The notes under the pieces were generated by a model. It was given only the letters and a program-made list of their open reading frames with translations. It did not search any database and was not told where the DNA came from. DNA of 64,000 nt from the human T2T-CHM13v2.0 reference genome, Homo sapiens, in NCBI RefSeq assembly GCF_009914755.1, contig NC_060933.1. One strand, written 5' to 3'. Shown in pieces: positions 57,360-64,000 of this stretch; the stretch's first letter is position 1, and each line of letters starts with the position of its first letter. A program made the position numbers and the translations under genes.

Positions 57360-57845
57360 TACTACTAGCACCAGCAAGCATTTCTTGGGAACTCTGCCTC
57401 AGCTGTGGGGTTACCTGTGGCAAGTACACTATCTCATTCAACCCTCACAACCACGAGGTGGGTATGAGTACCTTGACTTTCAGATCAGCAAACTCAGGCT
57501 CAGAGTTTAGTTGACATGGGAGATCTGGAATCAGAGTGCTTAGGTTCAAACCTCAACTCTGCCTCTGACAAGCTGCTTGACGTTGGGGACAGTCGTATAA
57601 ATTCTAAGCATCTGTTTTGTCATCTGTGAAACAGAGATAAGAGACATCTCGGTGTGGAGATTCCATAAGATAATATAAGTGAAGTGATTATGAGAGTGCC
57701 CAGCACATAGTAAGCCCTCAATCTGCAGGTCAGAGAATGTCAATAGCATGATGGAGGTCACAGAGTCAGTACAGGGGAAAAGTGGGTACCAAACCCAGCA
57801 TCTCTGACCCCAAATCCACACTGCAAATGTCCTCACTATCCTACC
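57360..57845. mobile_element. Nested MIR fragments in both orientations
   Basis: A plus-strand MIR (about 57520-57722) lies inside minus-strand MIR pieces. Confidence 0.6.
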
Positions 57846-59029
57846 TCCATTCCCAATGCACAGCCCACAGTGCCATTGTGGTACACTCAGAAGAGGATTT
57901 TGCCCAGGTCACCTCTTTCCATGCAATCTAGAGAGGCTTTATGAAGGAAGGGAGGCTTGGGGGAAAAGGTGATGTGAAGGTTGAGTCCCATAACCCTTTA
58001 ACTGTAATAATGACTTCTGGTCCATCCTGGTCATTATAGAGACCCAAAAGGCTTCTGTTGAGAGAAATATTATTTCCCTATAATGTCCATCCATGGGCAT
58101 GGCAATATTTTACTTTCATGGACCACTCCCTCCACCCCCCCGAAAAAAGTCCCCTCTGTCTTTGGATTCTGTCCTTAAATGTCACAGAATTCAGTGCATG
58201 CTCAGACCATAAATCTCACTTAAAAAGGGAGCTCACTGCCAGCCTTTCCCAGAGAACACCTGGGATTGCACCGTAGGCTATCTGCCTATTCCAACACTCC
58301 ACCTTGGAGAAGAAACCAATCTGCCTTTGTTGAAGAATCCACAGGTGGCAGGAATCACCTGACAAAGAGGAACAGCAGGGGCAGACAGTCAAATGGCTTT
58401 GTGAATAACGGGCTAGATTTCTGGGGATAGGACAGAAAGTAAACAATATAGGCTGCCTTGAAACTCCTGGACTTTGGATTTCATTATCAGACTATTGCTG
58501 GAGAAGGAAATATATATCGTCTGATACAGGCTCACAAGCTGATAAATATTTAATGGAGAAATAATGAATCTTGGTGTAAATATTTAATGGGGCAATATCA
58601 AGATATACAGGGTGAGGGCTGTGCTGAGAGAAAGAGGCTTTAGACAATAAGACAATCGAGTTGGAACTTGAGTAGAGTTAAGTCCAACAAGTATCAGTCT
58701 CTCTAAGGGATGCTGGATCTCCTTTGAAACCAGGTTGGTTGTTTCTATAACAGAATAGATGAGCTTCTTTTCAAAATGTGAACCGCTGTGGAAATGACTG
58801 GAGATAGTATTTTTATTTCACTTTTATTATTTATTTGAAAGATAGCATTAGATTGTTTACTTGGAAAATGATAACCATTGAGAGAATTAATACAAGCAAA
58901 ATAAAAACCTACGTAGGATCAGATGAACATTCCTTTCAGAAGTCACAGTTATTTTTGTGGGTGTTCTGACTTGGGAGAGGGGTGCCTATTCCAAAAGAGA
59001 AGTAGATGGTACAGCACTTGGGAGAGTTC

Positions 59030-59336
59030 TTTTTTTTTTTTTTTTTTTCTTTTTGGAAACAGGGTCTCACTCTGTTGCCTAGGCTGGAATTCAGTGGCAC
59101 AATCATGGCTCCCTCCAGTCTTGACCTCCCTGGGCTCAAGTGATCCTCCCACCTTAGCCTTCTGAGTAGCTGGGACTACAGGTGTGTGCCACCACACCCA
59201 GCTAATTTTTTGGTATTTTTTAGAGGCAGGATTTTGACATGTTGCCCAGACTGGTCTCAAACTCCTGGGCTCAAGCGATTGCCCACCTTGGCCTCCCAAA
59301 GTGCTACGATTACAGGCATGAGCTACTGCACTTGGC
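59030..59336 (-). mobile_element. AluJ
   Basis: 'acagggtctcactctgttgcc' and 'ctgggctcaagtgatcctcccacc'. Confidence 0.9.
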
Positions 59337-61729
59337 GGGACAGCCTAAGAATAGATTTCATTTATCTTGAACCCAGGATGTGGCCAAGATTATGTTAATG
59401 CTAGCAAATAAGGATAGATGTGTCCCTGCAATTACAGAGCTTACCATTGGCAGTACAGATTATAGCAGAAATCACCGTACAGTGTAATTATCAGTATCAC
59501 AGGGCCAGGAGAGAGCTATGGAAACATGAAGATAAACCAGAGATGACTTCCTGGAGGGAACGGCTTCTGGGTCATGTCATGAAGGGTGGTTTGCTGACAT
59601 TGTCTTCACTTATTTATTTGTCTGGCTCTTCTCATTCAATGGAAAGCCTTATGAATAGAGAGACCCAGAGGCATCAGGAAGGAATCCACAAGGTGATAAT
59701 TCAAAGGGTCTTGAATGTCAAGATAAGGGATTTTAATTTGAATTAATAAATAATAATTAGAGCCAACATACACGTGCGTTGGGAAATGCTATGTGTGAAT
59801 GTATGTGCACATGTATTTCTAGCACTTGAGAATGTACATCTTTGCAGTTGCGTGAAATATAGAGCAAGTAGAAAGCAGAGCAGAGAGTGCTGTTCCTGAA
59901 GTTCCTTGAAGAACTTAAAAAGAGAAACCAAAAATAGACTTAAGCCCCCTTTGCTCCCTGTTTCTTTCCACCATCTGTCAGTCCCACTCCCCTAGAGAGA
60001 AGCTAAGGCTGACAGTAGCAGAGTGAGGAAACAGGGGTGTGGGTGGGAGAATTTTATTTTTTCTACCAGGCTGAGTTATTAATTAGCTTCCTGGAAGGTA
60101 GAGGAACACCGTGCTTTAGTCTTCTCGCTTGACAAATATTGCACCAGAGAGTGATAACAGCCCACCCAAGGTCACCTAGCACCTTCATAACAAAGGCAGA
60201 GCCAGATTCCAGGACCATCTGGAATTCTCTGCACAGACTCTAACCGTACCACTGTCCAACCTTCCTCTCCTAAAGGGATCAGGTGGTGTCTGTTTTAGAG
60301 AAGCAAACTAGGGGAGATCTTTGTCGTGGACTTCCCCAGCTTCTTGGTAAGCAAAATATTTCCTAGCCTCCTTCCCAAGGACAAGCTGCAGTCCTCACAT
60401 GAACTCAGCAACAGATGCTGTTTACTTCAAGCAGCACAATTCCTTCCAACCCCTCATGCATAATACGCAACTGAGCCTTTCATCTCTGGGGCCTCAGGAT
60501 CCCAGGGAGGCAGGTGGACAGACGGATGCACTGCCTCATCCTCTGAAGGCCTATCATTATCTCATTTTTTTCACCCGGTCTTGAGCTTGAGCTAGAACTT
60601 GGTGAGAGGTGGTGGGGATCAGTCTCAGAGGCACCCAGAACTTGCTCCTCTCTGGACTGGAATGCTGATCCTCTCTCACCACCTCCCCACGCCCAAGGAC
60701 TGTCAGCATCAGCACCACAGGCCATGTCTGGGTTCCACTCGCTTCCTTCATTTCCTTCATCTGGTGAGGATGGAGTGGAGCTCCCAGTTCTTCCTTCAGT
60801 GTTGTTTGGCTTCACCCCAACTTAACAGTATTAACAAAACTCCCAAGACTTATCCATACTCACTAGAGTCCACACTCTCTGGGAGGATTTGAAGCTGAGA
60901 AGGACCCCATATATCACGGCACAACCCCTTCCTTTGAGATGAATCCTCAACAAATACCTATTGAGCAGTTAAGTGTGGGCCCTGCACAGAATGCCAGGAC
61001 TGCCAAGCCTCCCTCCCCGTCATGGGACTTAAAGTCTAGGAGAGGAAGAGATGCATTAAATGAAACTATTATAATAACTAATTAAATGTGATGTAACTGA
61101 AACCTAAAGAGACAGCATGATGTCTTTGGTGTCCTCGAGTAAATCTGTAACAGAGCCAGGATTCAGGGCTGTTGTCTGTGACTACATCTTTGATAACTTA
61201 GGCTAATATCTGGAGGAAAACCTCTATGCCAATCGCAGGAATTCCCTGAATCTAGTCCTCCTCCATCTGCAGTGCTGTACCCTGAAAAAGTTCAAAATCC
61301 ACTCTCCTGCTTACTTACCTACCATCTATTTAACAATGAAACCACAGATGCTGGGTGTTTCTCCCCTGCCCCTTCTCAGGGTGGGACAAGGACTTAGGGA
61401 GTTGGCCCTAATGAACAGGCCCAAGAAATGTTTATGGACTCTCAGCAGTCAAGAGCTTGAAGGGACCTTAATAAGTTGGAATATTCATCATACCTTTTCT
61501 TCTTTTAACAACAGCAAGCTATTTTTCAAGAGAAGTCAGAAGTAAAACACTGATACGAAAGTTGACAAAAGTTGAGCTGCCCTGACTTACTTGAAGAATG
61601 AGGGCTTTAAGGGCCACCTCTATCCAGCCCCCTTTCCCTGGGGACAACCCTTTAAGGTAATTTAGGACAAAGGATCGCAGTTTGAAACTTGCTTATCTCA
61701 TCTAATGCCTCATTTTATAGAAGCAGCTG

Positions 61730-62105
61730 TGCCATGTGTCTGGGTATAACCTCTTCCAAATGTCTTTTCATCTCTGGGCCTACAGATCCATCTGTGAAAT
61801 GAGGATGGATATGCTCACGCCCATTCTACAGGATTCTTGTTGAGTGCCTGATGAAGTCCCAAATATCAAAGCACTCTAACTACCATGCATATCTGCGAGT
61901 GAGCACAGTGGTGTTTAAACCCCAGTTCCACCACTCTGTAGCTAAGTGAATGATTTTCTCTAGACCAGTTTCTTTATTTATAAAATGAGAATAGCAATGG
62001 CACCTATCTCCCAGCCTTACCGTGAGGCTTAGATCAGATAACGTGTATAACACATTTTTTCTAATTGCCTGGGCTGTAGGAAGTGTTCAAAAATATTTAC
62101 TTTAA
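61730..62105 (+). mobile_element. Tandem MIR fragments
   Basis: 'catctgtgaaatgaggat' and 'ttataaaatgagaatagcaatggcacctatctc...gtgttcaaaaatattt'. Confidence 0.6.
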
Positions 62106-62414
62106 TCTCTTCTTCTCCATTGTCTTCATCACCACTGTCATATTTATTTCAATTGTTATTCATTTTGAGAAAACAGATCTAGCTCTGCACCTTTCCTCTG
62201 CACATGAACCTGCAATAAAGTGGCTCCAAAATGTGATGGAAGCCACGTGTGAATACAAGGGGACATTCAATCTCTTAAGGAAGTCAACACAAAATAAGCC
62301 TAGTTGAGAGATAAAGAGAGATTCTGATGATATTTTGGAGGCAACTGTACTAGCCACATGAGAAAATGTTTGACTTCTGGATGTTTCAATTAGTCATCCC
62401 CTCGATTTTTTGTG

Positions 62415-62418
<4 letters not shown>

Positions 62419-62447
<29 letters not shown>
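62419..62447. repeat. (CA)14 microsatellite
   Basis: Read directly from the sequence. Confidence 0.95.
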
Positions 62448-62449
<2 letters not shown>

Positions 62450-63564
62450 AAGAGGCCCAGAGGGGGAAGTATCTTGCTGCAGCACCACACACTATTAAAG
62501 GAGAGCTCCAATAGCCTGCCTCTCATGGCCATGTTTTTCTTCTATGCCTCATAGATTGCATTCTCCAAACAGCCCCTTTCTTCCTCAGTCCCACTCACAG
62601 AAGCCAGGGATCTCATGTGTGGCCATTTGTTCTTACTTATTCCAAACCCAGGGCACACGACCAATTCCATGGGAAGGGGCTTTGGAGAGGGAAACAATCC
62701 AATTACTGATCTAATGAGCCAATTTTCCTCTCATCTCCTCATAAAGTCATGTGCGGCCCCAGTGTTCCCCTGCCTTACTCAGACGATGACAGAGAGATGG
62801 AGAAAGAGCCCTGTTAGGCAGTTCAAACCCACTTACTGCACAGGCTGGAAAATGAAATGACTGATACCATGTAATTAGGCCTTAATTATTTATCATTTTT
62901 GGTTAATTACTGCCACTTGCAAGTTAACAGGTCGTAAAACTCTTGGGCTGTGTTTATTAAATGTTAGGCAATCATTAGCAAGGAAGTGCCATCTTCCAGT
63001 GTTAATGAAATATCTGTAAAAATCTATGACTGTGAGCAATGCAGGACTTGAGGCCACTTGGGAGACAGTTACATGGATTTATGGCTAATTACATATTTTT
63101 TGGAACCAATATTGCCATGTTTGAGAAGACGACTTGAATAAAAGGCTTCAAAGCCTCTGTGGACTCTCCCATCATTCCTCTGGTGCACAAGGAGGGTGAA
63201 TGAAGGAAGGCTGGGGGATAGAAAAGAGGAGAAACAGAAGAAAAAGTAGTAAAGGACAACTGCTGTCAAAAAGTACCTCTCCTCAGGGTCACGGTGTCTA
63301 AATGGCTGCCATTAGAAAGCCATTCCTCAGAGTAGAATGTTATCCAAACTATGCAGATGTCCCTCTGAAAGCAAACAACCCTGGAAGAACTTCTTACAGC
63401 TAACTGGAAAAAGTCAACTTTGTAATGGTCTGTATGAAAAAGAGCTGGCAGTTTTAGCCACCAGTTCAACATGAGTTCATAGACCAACAAAGTAAGTAGG
63501 CAGTAGGCAGTAATAATAACGTCATAAGGACCAGAACAAAGGAAGTGAAGCCACAGGCGTACCT

Positions 63565-63810
63565 CAACTGGAGTTGCAGATTCAGTTCTGGTGATCATAT
63601 TTTGAAAGGAGCATTGAAAGGCTAGACTGAGCTCTTGAGAAGTGCATTGGATCATGAAAGGATAGAACCCATGTCACTGGAAGGTCTTTTGAAAGAAATG
63701 GGAATGTTTAGCCTGGAAAAGCAAAGACTAAGAAGCTTGACAGTTGTCTTCAAATACTGTAAAAGTTTCCATGTGGATAAGAAGCAAATTTATTCTGCAC
63801 GTCCAATGGA
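63565..63810 (+). mobile_element. CR1/L3 ORF2 C-terminal relic
   Basis: Translates LKEMGMFSLEKQRLR...VFKY, matching the CR1 'L.ELGLFSLEKRRLRGD...FKY' motif. Confidence 0.8.
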
Positions 63811-63842
63811 TAGAGGCCTCTTGGCAAGTTTTAACTTTAAAA

Positions 63843-63916
63843 TTTTTTGTGTTTTTAACTTTTAAGTTCAGAGGTACAAGTGCAGGTTTCTTACATAGGT
63901 AAACTTGTATCATGGG
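63843..63916 (-). mobile_element. Older L1PA 3' end, interrupted by an Alu
   Basis: 'ttttaagttcagaggtacaagtgcaggttt...ggtaaacttgtatcatggg'. Confidence 0.8.
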
Positions 63917-64000
63917 TTTTGTTGTTGTTATTGTTGTTTTGAGATGGAGTCTCGCTCTGTCTCCCGGGCTGGAGTGCAGTGGTGCAACTCTGCTTACTGC
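63917..64000 (-). mobile_element. Alu 3' end (runs off the window)
   Basis: 'ttttgagatggagtctcgctctgt...ggctggagtgcagtgg'. Confidence 0.9.

Noticed and set aside
60399-60892. Cluster of 61-111-aa ORFs in a GC-richer unique region
   Set aside because: No recognisable homology, codon pattern or consistent splice boundaries; cannot be supported as coding.

Overview
Hominid (most likely human) genomic DNA, repeat-dense and apparently intergenic or deep-intronic. I can support no host protein-coding exon, RNA gene or CRISPR array. The dominant feature is a full-length, minus-strand L1PA2-like LINE-1 (3458-9502) with a perfect 16-bp TSD, intact ORF1, broken ORF2 and truncated ORF0. It appears to have inserted at the same endonuclease site used earlier by an older, 5'-inverted L1. 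The rest of the window is Alus, truncated L1s, MaLR/ERVL solo LTRs (THE1C, MSTA, MLT1, MLT2A), L2/MIR/CR1 fossils and hAT DNA-transposon relics, separated by unique-sequence islands. Most notable observations: (i) a TSD-flanked, probably twin-primed retrocopy of an unidentified polyadenylated, Alu-containing transcript (14710-15273); (ii) the apparent L1 target-site reuse; (iii) a near-consensus REST/RE1 site next to a neural-type motif cluster (about 21.5-21.9 kb); (iv) a HOX13/homeodomain-rich enhancer candidate (about 62.6-63.0 kb); (v) a near-perfect 89-bp tandem duplication (31250-31429). I did not find a convincing new multi-gene system. Subfamily names and the boundaries of ancient repeats come from recalled consensus sequences and are approximate.
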